Positions 27,873 through 37,092 of a stretch of DNA of 64,000 bases are shown here, in pieces. Made by a program: the position numbers and the translations under genes. Below the pieces are notes generated by a model. The model searched no databases. It saw only the letters and a list, made by a program, of their open reading frames with translations, and was not told the origin of the DNA. Each line of letters starts with the position of its first letter. Position 1 is the stretch's first letter. The DNA comes from Parabacteroides pacaensis. Lineage in GTDB: Bacteria > Bacteroidota > Bacteroidia > Bacteroidales > Tannerellaceae. Where the stretch lies: positions 189,570 through 253,569 of the forward strand of contig NZ_OLMS01000003.1 in assembly GCF_900292045.1 (NCBI RefSeq), given 5' to 3'.

Positions 27873-28796
27873 ATGGAAAACAAGAAAAGCGAAGAAAAAG
27901 AATTGAGAGAAATTACGCAGGCATCTTTGCTTGCCGGTTTTATTAAAGGTACAGGTAGTGGTCCTAATGATTGCATGGATCCATCCGATTATAAAAGACT
28001 CGATGATTTAGGAGTTTTAACTGGTTCGGTTTATGTGTGTGGTATTGGATGGACATTCCCGACTATTCACGTGTGTGGCTGCGGTTGCGGGTGTGGCTGT
28101 GGTTGTGGTTGCGGATGTGGTTGTGGATGTGGTTGTGGCTCCGGAGGCGACTGGGGTGATTGGGGTGATTGGGGTGATGGTGGTGGCGGAAGCGGAAGTG
28201 GCTGCGGTTGCGGATGTGGGAGCGGTTGTGGATGCGGAAGTGGAAGTGGTTGCGGAGGCGGTTATGGAAGAGAGCCTTACGAAATGATGGATTCACATAA
28301 ATTTGTAGGATACCGCTCCGGAGTTCAATGCTGGGATCTTTGTAAAGAAATCCTGGATAATTACGGTATTCATAGTTATGGAAGTCGTTCTGCAGTATTT
28401 CGGTTGGTAAAAGAAGTCAATGGAGATTTAGTTAATTGGGGCGATAGCCAGAACTATCGAAACGCGATCAACTGTATCGATAAACATCTTAATGGAAACA
28501 GGCCGATTATCGTAGGAGTAGATCATACTCCGAATAGAGGAATCAATGAAGGAACAACAGATCATTTTATAGTAATTACAGGAAGAGGAAGTGACGGCAA
28601 TGGAACTTATTATACGTTTATGGATCCGGCAACGAGTGACGATTATAAAGGTTGTTCAACTAATAATCGCCTGTATGATGATCCTACCAATAGTAGATTG
28701 AGTGGAACAACACAAGCGAAAAGTAAAAAGAATGAATACACAGTTGCTCAGATAAGGCCTAATGATGGAGGAACTTACGCAACGACAAGTTATTAA
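27873..28796 (+). CDS. Cys-Gly repeat protein fused to a C-terminal papain-like cysteine peptidase/amidase domain (CHAP / C39 / C70-like)
   Basis: There is no signal peptide. Residues ~68-131 read HV(CG)x11-SGG-(DWG)x3-DGGGGSGSG-(CG)x3-SG-CGCG-SGSG-CG-GGYG. The C-terminal domain has a candidate catalytic Cys in GVQCWDLCKEIL and a candidate His in TDHFIVITG, the papain-like fold pattern. Confidence 0.6.
   Translation: MENKKSEEKELREITQASLLAGFIKGTGSGPNDCMDPSDYKRLDDLGVLTGSVYVCGIGWTFPTIHVCGCGCGCGCGCGCGCGCGCGCGSGGDWGDWGDWGDGGGGSGSGCGCGCGSGCGCGSGSGCGGGYGREPYEMMDSHKFVGYRSGVQCWDLCKEILDNYGIHSYGSRSAVFRLVKEVNGDLVNWGDSQNYRNAINCIDKHLNGNRPIIVGVDHTPNRGINEGTTDHFIVITGRGSDGNGTYYTFMDPATSDDYKGCSTNNRLYDDPTNSRLSGTTQAKSKKNEYTVAQIRPNDGGTYATTSY
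28074..28266 (+). repeat. Coding low-complexity region: 11 consecutive Cys-Gly dipeptides, 3 DWG repeats and mixed CG/SG repeats (17 Cys in ~64 aa)
   Basis: Read in frame, codons vary synonymously (TGT/TGC; GGC/GGT/GGG/GGA). The repeat is therefore maintained at the protein level rather than by simple DNA slippage. Confidence 0.8.
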
Positions 28797-28813
28797 TAAT
28801 TTAATATGGTAGT

Positions 28814-29569
28814 ATGATAAAGACTATTTTTTGGCTCATCTTCGTGCTTATGAGTACGGAGCTGGGTTTCTCTCAAAATGTTTATGATGTAACTTCCCGT
28901 GTAAAGGTATCCGATATTAAGGATGCTAAACTTCAGGAAGCCTTCAAGGCTTACCAGATGCACGATTACTACATCAATCTCCCTTTCTTCGAGGATGCTC
29001 TTCACGCGAATGAATATAATAGGACTTCTCCTAGTTTTGTATATGAAGATCCGACTTCTCCCTTTTATGTGAATCTGGATCGAAGAAGTAAAAAACGGAA
29101 TGATTGGGAAACTGGTATACAATTGTTTAAGAAAACCACCGGTGATTATATCTTAGGAGAGATTTCTACAGCACAGGAGGGGCAATTGATTACTAAGACA
29201 TGGTTGGTGACATTCGACCCTACGGGCAAACGGATCGATTATCTGCCGATATGGGAAATCTTTAGTAGTGGTGTTGCTATTATCGAGGGTCAAGTCCATG
29301 AGGATCTTACCGTGGATATTCAAAGTTTGAACTTCCCCGGATATGATTATATTGCCCGTATCGACACGGTTACCTCCAGAGAGGTTTTCCCGGACAGTTT
29401 GATAGGCCAGCGCATCGATTCCAAGTATCGGATTACACCGCAAGGAAAGTTCGAGAAACTAAAAGAGATACGCTATGAGCCTCAAAACTACTCGGCACTA
29501 TTCCGTGAGTTTGACTGGAAACATCCTATACTTATCCGGCAAAGGAATGAAAAAAAGCTACAAGAATAG
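28814..29569 (+). CDS. Secreted/periplasmic hypothetical protein, candidate partner (possibly immunity) of the upstream peptidase
   Basis: The 251-aa protein has a signal peptide (MIKTIFWLIFVLMSTELGFSQ). It starts 18 nt after the previous gene's stop. I recognise no domain. Confidence 0.45.
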   Translation: MIKTIFWLIFVLMSTELGFSQNVYDVTSRVKVSDIKDAKLQEAFKAYQMHDYYINLPFFEDALHANEYNRTSPSFVYEDPTSPFYVNLDRRSKKRNDWETGIQLFKKTTGDYILGEISTAQEGQLITKTWLVTFDPTGKRIDYLPIWEIFSSGVAIIEGQVHEDLTVDIQSLNFPGYDYIARIDTVTSREVFPDSLIGQRIDSKYRITPQGKFEKLKEIRYEPQNYSALFREFDWKHPILIRQRNEKKLQE

Positions 29570-29665
29570 AAGGTAACCTTGCTGGTGAAACATCACTATC
29601 CTTTTTCTGTTTTTACTGATTTTTTTTGATGTTCCCTATTAAGCAACAGTTCCTGTTTTTTTCAA

Positions 29666-29712
29666 TAAAAATCCGGTTATTCTTGTTTAGTGAAGAATAA
29701 CCGGATTTTTTA
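29666..29712. terminator. Bidirectional rho-independent terminator
   Basis: A perfect 15-bp stem AATCCGGTTATTCTT/AAGAATAACCGGATT has an A-run on its 5' side and a T-run on its 3' side. It lies between the convergent genes 28814-29569 (+) and typA (-). Confidence 0.75.
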
Positions 29713-29795
29713 TTGGCCCTACCTTATTATATTATTATTTACTTTCTAAGATATATGGGTTCCGATTTTACTTTTTGAAGAACGGAGTGTATGTA

Positions 29796-31619
29796 TTATT
29801 TTTTGGCCATCCGTTTGCGTTCTATTTCATCCAGAATAATTTTACGCATACGCATAGCATGCGGAGTAATTTCTACGTATTCGTCTTCTTTGATATATTC
29901 TAAAGCATCTTCCAAACTGAAAACAAGAGGAGGAGCTAACGATACCTTATCATCCGAACCGGAAGCACGCATATTTGTTAACTTTTTCGATTTAGTCACA
30001 TTGACTACTAAGTCATTCTCTTTTGTATGTTCACCTACAATTTGACCTGCATATACTTCTTCTTGAGGAGCAATGAAAAACCTACCGCGGGATTGGAGAT
30101 TGTTCAATGCGTAAGCAAATGCCGTACCCGTTTCCATGGCAATGATGGAACCGTTTTGACGGCGTTCGATTTCCCCTTTCCATGGTTGGAATTCTAGGAA
30201 CCGGTGGGCTATGACAGCTTCTCCCGCAGAAATGGTAAGTGCCGCATTGTTAAGACCGATGATACCGCGGGAAGGAATCGTGAACTCAAGATGTATCCTT
30301 CCGTTTTTATTCTCCATCATCGTCATTTCCCCTTTGCGCTTGGTTACCAGGTCAATGATACGGCTTGAACATTCTTCCGGAAGATTAATGGTCAGTTCTT
30401 CTACCGGCTCACATTTCTCACCGTTAATTTCTTTGATAATCACTTGAGGTTGCCCGACTTGTAACTCATACCCTTCCCGGCGCATGGTTTCAATTAATAC
30501 GGACAAGTGTAAAATGCCACGTCCGTACACTAACCAAGCATCTGCACTATCCGTCGGTTCTACCCGTAAAGCCAGGTTTTTATCCAATTCTTTCATGAGC
30601 CGTTCGTAAATATGGCGTGAAGTAACATATTTACCATCCTTTCCGAAGAAAGGAGAATTATTAATGGTAAACAACATGGACATGGTAGGCTCATCGATAG
30701 CGATAGTAGGAAGAGCTTCCGGATTTTCAGCATCCGTAATGCTTTCACCTATTTCAAAACCTTCGATGCCAATAACCGCACAAATATCACCGGATTTTAC
30801 AGAAGCCACTTTTGTGCGTCCCAACCCTTCGAAAACGTCAATTTCTTTGATACGTGATTTCACTTGTGAACCGTCGCGTTTACAAAGCGTGATTTCCTGG
30901 CCTTCCCGGAGTTCGCCTCGATGGACACGCCCTACGGCAATACGTCCTACGTATTTGGAATAATCCAGGGAAGTGATAAGCATCTGGCTGCTTCCTTCCA
31001 GCATGTGAGGTGCCGGTATGTGCTCGATAATAGCATCTAGCAATGCCGTAATATCTTCTTTCGGTTTCTTCCAGTCGGTAGACATCCAACCCTGTTTGGC
31101 CGAACCGTAAATGGTAGGAAAGTCCAGTTGTTCTTCCGTGGCATCTAGGCTAAACATCAAATCGAATACCATTTCTTGAACTTCGCTAGGGCGGCAATTA
31201 GGTTTATCTACTTTATTGATAACTACAATAGGCTTTAATCCGAGTTGAATAGCTTTCTGAAGCACAAAACGCGTCTGAGGCATCGGGCCTTCGAAAGCAT
31301 CCACTAATAATAAGCAACCATCAGCCATATTCAATACCCGTTCCACTTCTCCACCAAAATCGGCGTGCCCCGGCGTATCGATAATGTTAATCTTATAATC
31401 TTTGTATTGAATGGATACATTCTTCGACAGAATCGTAATCCCTCTTTCCCGTTCCAGATCATTACTGTCTAAAAACTGGTCCACTTCGGCTGCCTTATCA
31501 TCCCTGAAGAGTTTGCCAGCGAGTAACATTTTGTCAACGAGCGTTGTTTTACCGTGATCGACGTGCGCAATAATTGCAATGTTTCTAATCTTTTGCATTG
31601 AGACTAATTTAATGGGCAC
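29796..31619 (-). CDS. typA: Translational GTPase TypA/BipA
   Basis: The 607-aa protein has G1 to G4 motifs ([21 protein letters not shown]) and an EF-G-like domain architecture. Confidence 0.9.
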   Translation of the reverse strand: MPIKLVSMQKIRNIAIIAHVDHGKTTLVDKMLLAGKLFRDDKAAEVDQFLDSNDLERERGITILSKNVSIQYKDYKINIIDTPGHADFGGEVERVLNMADGCLLLVDAFEGPMPQTRFVLQKAIQLGLKPIVVINKVDKPNCRPSEVQEMVFDLMFSLDATEEQLDFPTIYGSAKQGWMSTDWKKPKEDITALLDAIIEHIPAPHMLEGSSQMLITSLDYSKYVGRIAVGRVHRGELREGQEITLCKRDGSQVKSRIKEIDVFEGLGRTKVASVKSGDICAVIGIEGFEIGESITDAENPEALPTIAIDEPTMSMLFTINNSPFFGKDGKYVTSRHIYERLMKELDKNLALRVEPTDSADAWLVYGRGILHLSVLIETMRREGYELQVGQPQVIIKEINGEKCEPVEELTINLPEECSSRIIDLVTKRKGEMTMMENKNGRIHLEFTIPSRGIIGLNNAALTISAGEAVIAHRFLEFQPWKGEIERRQNGSIIAMETGTAFAYALNNLQSRGRFFIAPQEEVYAGQIVGEHTKENDLVVNVTKSKKLTNMRASGSDDKVSLAPPLVFSLEDALEYIKEDEYVEITPHAMRMRKIILDEIERKRMAKK

Positions 31620-31744
31620 AAAGGTACGAGTTTTTCTTGTTTCTCAAAAAAAAGAAGCTCAAAAGTATTGTTTATCAAAAAACTAATCTCTATCTTTGCG
31701 CTCTCAAAAATAAAGATTTATTTATTCATTAATCAATTTGTATT

Positions 31745-32014
31745 ATGTATTTAGATTCAGCTAAAAAAGCAGAAATCTTTGAAAAGTACGGAAAGTCTAA
31801 CACTGATACTGGTTCCCCAGAGAGCCAGATTGCATTGTTTTCATACCGTATTTCTCATTTGACTGAACATTTAAAGTCAAATCACAAAGATTATAGTACT
31901 GAAAGAGCTCTTAAGATGTTGGTTGGTAAACGTCGCCGTTTATTAGATTATTTAGCAGAAAAAGATATCAACAGATATCGTGCTATCATCAAAGAACTTG
32001 GTATTAGAAAGTAA
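31745..32014 (+). CDS. rpsO: 30S ribosomal protein S15
   Basis: The 89-aa protein has the canonical S15 sequence (TGSPESQIALFSYRISHLTEHLKSNHKDYSTERALKMLVGKRRRLLDYL). Confidence 0.95.
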   Translation: MYLDSAKKAEIFEKYGKSNTDTGSPESQIALFSYRISHLTEHLKSNHKDYSTERALKMLVGKRRRLLDYLAEKDINRYRAIIKELGIRK

Positions 32015-32040
32015 AAAAATTATTTCCTGTATGGAATGGA

Positions 32041-32071
32041 AAAAGGCTACTCGGATAAAGTAGCCTTTTTT
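32041..32071. terminator. Intrinsic terminator between the convergent genes rpsO and eda
   Basis: The stem AAAAGGCTACT/AGTAGCCTTTT has loop CGGATAA, with T and A runs on the flanks. Confidence 0.6.
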
Positions 32072-32084
32072 AGTTAGTACAGCT

Positions 32085-32756
32085 TTATTTCTTGTAACGT
32101 TCGATAATGGCTAATGCATCTTGGCAATACCGGGTGATGGCAGCCCATTCTTTATTGGCAATTACTTCCTTGGGGAAAAGCTTGGAACCCATGCCTACGC
32201 AAGTCACGCCTGCTTTCATCCAGGCAGACAGGTTTTCTTCCGTCGGTTCCACGGCACCCGTCACCATCAACATAGACCACGGCATCGGAGCTTTCACGTT
32301 CTTCACGAAAGAAGGACCGCCTACGTTACCAGCCGGGAAAATCTTACAAAGGTCGCATCCTACTTCCTGGGCCGCATTAATTTCCGTAACGGAGCCACAG
32401 CCCGGTGTGTAAGGAATCAACCGCCGGTTGCAGACTTTCGCTATTTCGGGGTTGAACATAGGACCCACCACAAAGTTAGCTCCCAACTGGATATACAAGG
32501 CAGCCGTGGCCGGGTCGACAATCGAACCGATACCCAGTATCAGTTCCGGGCATTCTTTAGCGGCAAATTTTATCAGTTCGCCAAACACTTCCTGGGCAAA
32601 ATCTCCGCGGTTGGTAAATTCGAACGCCCGTACCCCGCCCTCATAACAAGCTTTCACTACGTTCTTGGCGATTTCTACCTCTTTATTATAAAATACAGGA
32701 ACCATTCCCGTAGAAGCCATGGCGTTAAGTACCTGCAATTTTGTGAATCTAGCCAT
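32085..32756 (-). CDS. eda: KDPG / 4-hydroxy-2-oxoglutarate aldolase
   Basis: The 223-aa protein is a class I aldolase TIM barrel typical of Eda ([10 protein letters not shown]; the Lys region [19 protein letters not shown]). Confidence 0.8.
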   Translation of the reverse strand: MARFTKLQVLNAMASTGMVPVFYNKEVEIAKNVVKACYEGGVRAFEFTNRGDFAQEVFGELIKFAAKECPELILGIGSIVDPATAALYIQLGANFVVGPMFNPEIAKVCNRRLIPYTPGCGSVTEINAAQEVGCDLCKIFPAGNVGGPSFVKNVKAPMPWSMLMVTGAVEPTEENLSAWMKAGVTCVGMGSKLFPKEVIANKEWAAITRYCQDALAIIERYKK

Positions 32757-32777
32757 AATAAATTTATATATTTGATT

Positions 32778-33821
32778 TTATCTTGAAACTCTTCCGGAAG
32801 CATCTCCCGCCATTAACTTTTCCACCTCTTCTACCGTTACCTGATTAAAATCCCCGTAAATGGTATGTTTTAAGCAAGAAGCTGCCACGGCGAAATGAAG
32901 TGCTTTCCGGTCGTCCTCCGGATAAGAGAGCAGCCCATAAATCAAACCGCCCATAAAAGAATCTCCCCCGCCAACACGATCTACTATATGAGTAATATTA
33001 TAAACAGGTGCTTTATACAAATTTGTGCCGTCATATAGAACACCGCTCCATGTATTATGGTTCGCATTGATAGAGCCCCGTAAAGTGATAATGACTTTTT
33101 TAGCTCGTGGAAACCTTTCCATCAACTGCGTGCAAACAGATTGGAATTTGCTTGCGTCTACTTCCCCTTGGGTATTGGCAACATCGAAACCTTCCGGTTT
33201 GATTCCGAATACCTTTTCGGCATCTTCTTCATTTCCCAGAATGATATCACAACCTTCTACTAAAGCAGGCATCACTTCCGCGGCTGTTTTACCGTATTTC
33301 CAAAGGTTCTTGCGGTAATTTAAGTCGCAAGATACGGTAACGCCCAGCTTATTGGCTGTTTGAATAGCTTCCAGGCACACATCGGCAGCCCCTTGGGAAA
33401 GAGCGGGAGTGATACCTGTCCAATGGAACCACCGGGCATCTTTCAGTACTTCTTCCCAATGGATCATTCCGAGCCGGATATCAGCTATGGAAGAATGTGC
33501 CCTGTCGTATATTACTTTACTGGCACGTGCCACAGCACCCGTTTCCAGAAAATAAATGCCTAAACGTTCGCCGCCGTATAGAATGTGTTCCGTACCGACG
33601 CCATATTTACGAAGATCCATGATACAGGCGCGGGCTATATCGTTTTCAGGCAAACGCGTAACAAATTCAGTATTCAGACCGTAATTGGCTAATGAAACGG
33701 CCACATTGGCTTCTCCTCCTCCAAATGTGGCGGTGAGTATATTCGACTGGCAGAAACGGAGATAGTCAGGAGTTGCCAAGCGTAACATAATCTCACCGAA
33801 AGTTACAATTTTGTTCTTCAT
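32778..33821 (-). CDS. kdgK: 2-dehydro-3-deoxygluconokinase (PfkB family)
   Basis: The 347-aa protein has ribokinase-fold motifs (GGGEANVA, DRVGGGDSF). It is adjacent to eda. Confidence 0.8.
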   Translation of the reverse strand: MKNKIVTFGEIMLRLATPDYLRFCQSNILTATFGGGEANVAVSLANYGLNTEFVTRLPENDIARACIMDLRKYGVGTEHILYGGERLGIYFLETGAVARASKVIYDRAHSSIADIRLGMIHWEEVLKDARWFHWTGITPALSQGAADVCLEAIQTANKLGVTVSCDLNYRKNLWKYGKTAAEVMPALVEGCDIILGNEEDAEKVFGIKPEGFDVANTQGEVDASKFQSVCTQLMERFPRAKKVIITLRGSINANHNTWSGVLYDGTNLYKAPVYNITHIVDRVGGGDSFMGGLIYGLLSYPEDDRKALHFAVAASCLKHTIYGDFNQVTVEEVEKLMAGDASGRVSR

Positions 33822-34034
33822 CTTTATTCAATATATAGTTTTTAATCGTTTTCTACTTTTATACCGAATGCAAAATTACATTCTTTCTTTAAGAGGATTG
33901 ATTCTTTATTCTGTTTAATTTCTATATTATATTATCTATGTTATTAAGCATAAATGTTTGAAATAGTGAGGTGCTAAAGTAATAACGTATGATAATAATT
34001 CTCATCTTTGCATGGAACCTAAAGAAAAACCGCC

Positions 34035-34922
34035 ATGAAACCTGCATTACGACGTGTCACGATTAATCCGGAATATTCATTCAGTGTACGAAAAGATACT
34101 GGAGCACAAGTGTATAGAATGTGGCACCACCACCCTGAAGTAGAATTATTCTTGATCCGCGGAGGGAAAGGACTACAGATTGTAGGAGATAAAACCAGCA
34201 ATATCACCGAATCTTGCCACATGATTATTACCGGCCCTTACTTGCCTCATACCATCGTATATAATAATGGTACTTCCGGGAAAGAGGTGGAAGCCATTGT
34301 GGTTCATTTTGATCCTAACATATTCGGAGGTGCTTTTTTGAATATGCCGGAAATGAGGTCTATCAAAGAACTGTTAGACCAAACTACCTTCGGACTGGAA
34401 ATTAAAAGCCCGACATTAGAATTAATGGAGAAACAAATGTTCGAACTTTATGAGGCGGATTGTACCACCCGTTTAATTTTATTGTTGCATATATTACATA
34501 CCATTGCGATTGGAAAAGGATACGATCGAATAGCGAGCGCTGGATTTGCTAATGATTTTTCCTTTCGGGATAACACCCGGATTAATAAGATCTATCAGTT
34601 TACTTTTGATAATTTCCAAAAGAATATTACGATTGAAGAAGTAGCTTCCCAACTGCACCTGTCCAAAGAATCGTTTTGCCGTTATTTCAAATTGAAAACA
34701 GGCAAGACTTATATTCAATTTTTAATGGAAGTCCGCATCGGCCATGCTTGTAAATTGTTAATGGAAAATGAAATGAATGTGGCGGAAGTATGTTTTGCTT
34801 GCGGGTATAATAATGCTTCTAACTTCCATCATCAATTTAAAACCTTGAAAGGAAAAACTCCTTTCCAATACCAACGTGACTATCTTAATACCGCAAGGAT
34901 AAATGAAAATATTGAAGATTAA
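34035..34922 (+). CDS. AraC-family transcriptional regulator (cupin sensor domain plus HTH)
   Basis: The C-terminal AraC HTH signature is present (ACGYNNASNFHHQFKTLKGKTPFQYQRD). Confidence 0.8.
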   Translation: MKPALRRVTINPEYSFSVRKDTGAQVYRMWHHHPEVELFLIRGGKGLQIVGDKTSNITESCHMIITGPYLPHTIVYNNGTSGKEVEAIVVHFDPNIFGGAFLNMPEMRSIKELLDQTTFGLEIKSPTLELMEKQMFELYEADCTTRLILLLHILHTIAIGKGYDRIASAGFANDFSFRDNTRINKIYQFTFDNFQKNITIEEVASQLHLSKESFCRYFKLKTGKTYIQFLMEVRIGHACKLLMENEMNVAEVCFACGYNNASNFHHQFKTLKGKTPFQYQRDYLNTARINENIED

Positions 34923-34997
34923 CACACTTTAGCGAACTATTCATGGGGAAGTTACGAATTTGCCGTAGATTCGTGAGGAAATCGTAAATAAGTAAGT

Positions 34998-35363
34998 ATG
35001 ATGGAGAAATTAACAATGCAAGAAGAAGAAGCCATGTTATATATCTGGCAGGTTGCCCCCTGTTTTGTAAAAGATGTCGTGGCTAAGTACGACGATCCTA
35101 AACCCCCTTATACCACAGTAGCCTCTGTGATAAAGAATTTAGAACGGAAAAAGTATGTAAAAGCCAAACGCTACGGGAATACCTATGAATATACTCCCTT
35201 AGTAAAGGAAAGTGAGTATAAACGTACCTTTATGAATGGAGTTGTACGCAATTATTTTGAAAACTCTTATAAAGAGATGGTTTCTTTTTTCGCGAGAGAC
35301 CAGAAAATTTCGGCTGAGGAGTTAAAAGAAATTATCGATATGATCGAGAAAGGAAAAGAGTAA
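34998..35363 (+). CDS. BlaI/MecI/CopY-family transcriptional repressor
   Basis: The 121-aa protein has a winged helix (LTMQEEEAMLYIWQ...). It is followed by a BlaR1-like gene. Confidence 0.8.
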   Translation: MMEKLTMQEEEAMLYIWQVAPCFVKDVVAKYDDPKPPYTTVASVIKNLERKKYVKAKRYGNTYEYTPLVKESEYKRTFMNGVVRNYFENSYKEMVSFFARDQKISAEELKEIIDMIEKGKE

Positions 35364-35381
35364 TTTAATAACCTTCGTCCC

Positions 35382-37031
35382 ATGACTCTTGAAATGGCTT
35401 ATTTTTTGAAGGTAAATTTGGCCATTGCCTTATTTTACGTCTTCTATCGATTGTTCTTTTATAAAGACACATTTTTTCGTTTGCGCCGTAGCCTTCTACT
35501 CGCATTCTTTGCCCTTGCTTTTCTTTATCCGCTGTTGAATATTCAAGAGTGGATCCGGGAACAAGAACCGATAGCAGAAGTAGTTACGTTGTATTCGGCC
35601 ATGCTTTTGGAAATACCTGCCCGGATTCCTCAATCCACCCCGACAGATTGGCTGCAAATTTTTTCATCTATTCTTTTATATGGCTATTTCACAGGAATAC
35701 TGGCTCTGGGTATCCGCTTTTTTATTCAGTTCGGAAGTATTCTGATCTTATCGACAAAATGTAAAAAAACAGAAATAAAGGGTACGAAGATATATGTATT
35801 AGACAAATGCGCAGGGCCATTTTCTTTCTTTTATATGATTTTTGTTTGTCCCGGCAATCATACGGAGAAGGAATTGGAAGAAATTCTTGCACATGAAAAA
35901 ACACATGCCGGACAATATCATTCCATAGATGTGATTATATGCGAAATACTCTCTATTATTTGCTGGTTCAATCCTTTTGTCTGGCTGTTAAAAAGGGAAG
36001 TACGCTATAATTTGGAATATCTTGCTGATAATGTGGTAATTCAATCCGGATATGATAGTAAGAGCTATCAGTATCATTTGCTAGGATTAGCCTGTCATCA
36101 AGGAGCCACGGATTTATATAACAGTTTTAATGTACTGCACCTTAAAAACAGGATTAGTATGATGAATAAAAAAAGATCCCCTGGAATTGTCCGTACAAAA
36201 TATTTGGCTTTTATCCCCCTGGCCGTTCTTCTTATGCTTATGAGTAATATAGAAGCGGTTGCACGCGTTACCAAAACGATTGCAAAAGAGATAATTGCAG
36301 AAAAAGAAATGAGTTTATACAGAGAGGGCAAACCCGGTAGTGCTAAAACCGGAAAAACTCCGACAAACGATGATGAAGTAGTAGTAGCCTATAGCTTAAA
36401 ACATACAGGCCAGCAACCGGAAGAAAAGAAAGGGAGTGTTGCGGGGCTGCAGGTAGAGTATGATAAGCAATCTTCTGGTTCTATAGAAGAAAAGTCTGCT
36501 TTTACCCTAGTAGAAGAAATGCCCGTTTACCCGGGAGGTGAAAAAGCGTTTATGCGAGCTGTTAATTCACGGATAAGATATCCTCAGATTGCTTATGAGA
36601 ATGGAATAGAAGGACGTGTGGTTTGTTCATTTGTAGTTAACGAAGTGGGAGATGTAAACGATATAAAAGTGTTAAGGGGTGTGGATGATTCATTGAATAA
36701 AGAAGCCATTCGGGTAATCTCCGGTTTATCCGGATGGACTCCTGGGAAACAAAAGGGTGTAGCTGTAAAAGTAAAATATACACTGCCCGTTTTGTTCCGG
36801 CTTAACAAAGAGATAGCAAAGCATACCGGTTCTACTGTTTCTTTTTTGGAAAACAAGGCTTCCTTATATCTTGTGGACGGGAAAGAAATGACGTATCCGG
36901 ATCTGATTTCCCGTTATGATGTCAATAGTTTGGTAAACGTAACTGTTAGAAAAGGGAATAGTGTAATTCAACAGTATGGAGAAAAAGCAAAAAACGGAGT
37001 CATGATCATCACGACTAAGGAAATAAATTGA
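35382..37031 (+). CDS. BlaR1/M56-family membrane metallopeptidase fused to a TonB C-terminal domain
   Basis: A HExxH motif is present (ILAHEKTHAGQYH) after 4 TM segments. A C-terminal TonB-like domain is present (YPGGEKAFMRAVNSRIRYPQIAYENGIEGRVVCSFVVNEVGDV). Confidence 0.75.
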   Translation: MTLEMAYFLKVNLAIALFYVFYRLFFYKDTFFRLRRSLLLAFFALAFLYPLLNIQEWIREQEPIAEVVTLYSAMLLEIPARIPQSTPTDWLQIFSSILLYGYFTGILALGIRFFIQFGSILILSTKCKKTEIKGTKIYVLDKCAGPFSFFYMIFVCPGNHTEKELEEILAHEKTHAGQYHSIDVIICEILSIICWFNPFVWLLKREVRYNLEYLADNVVIQSGYDSKSYQYHLLGLACHQGATDLYNSFNVLHLKNRISMMNKKRSPGIVRTKYLAFIPLAVLLMLMSNIEAVARVTKTIAKEIIAEKEMSLYREGKPGSAKTGKTPTNDDEVVVAYSLKHTGQQPEEKKGSVAGLQVEYDKQSSGSIEEKSAFTLVEEMPVYPGGEKAFMRAVNSRIRYPQIAYENGIEGRVVCSFVVNEVGDVNDIKVLRGVDDSLNKEAIRVISGLSGWTPGKQKGVAVKVKYTLPVLFRLNKEIAKHTGSTVSFLENKASLYLVDGKEMTYPDLISRYDVNSLVNVTVRKGNSVIQQYGEKAKNGVMIITTKEIN

Positions 37032-37092
37032 TTAGCAGAAAAAATATATGGACTTATGACAATGGAATTTCCATTTAATAAAATTCATTTCT

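Noticed and set aside
28074-28266. Cys/Ser-Gly repeat as a linear azole-containing peptide (microcin B17-like) precursor
   Set aside because: It is kept only as a hypothesis. I found no YcaO/cyclodehydratase, dehydrogenase or leader-peptidase/transporter gene in the window. The tract is also embedded in a 307-aa enzyme rather than a short precursor.
28033-28296. Overlapping ORFs 28033-28287 (+) and 28063-28296 (-) encoding Val/Ala-rich and His/Asn-rich low-complexity peptides
   Set aside because: They are alternative-frame artefacts of the (TGY GGN)n coding repeat. The frame belonging to the 307-aa gene is the one with a start, a continuous ORF through the downstream peptidase domain and a sensible context.
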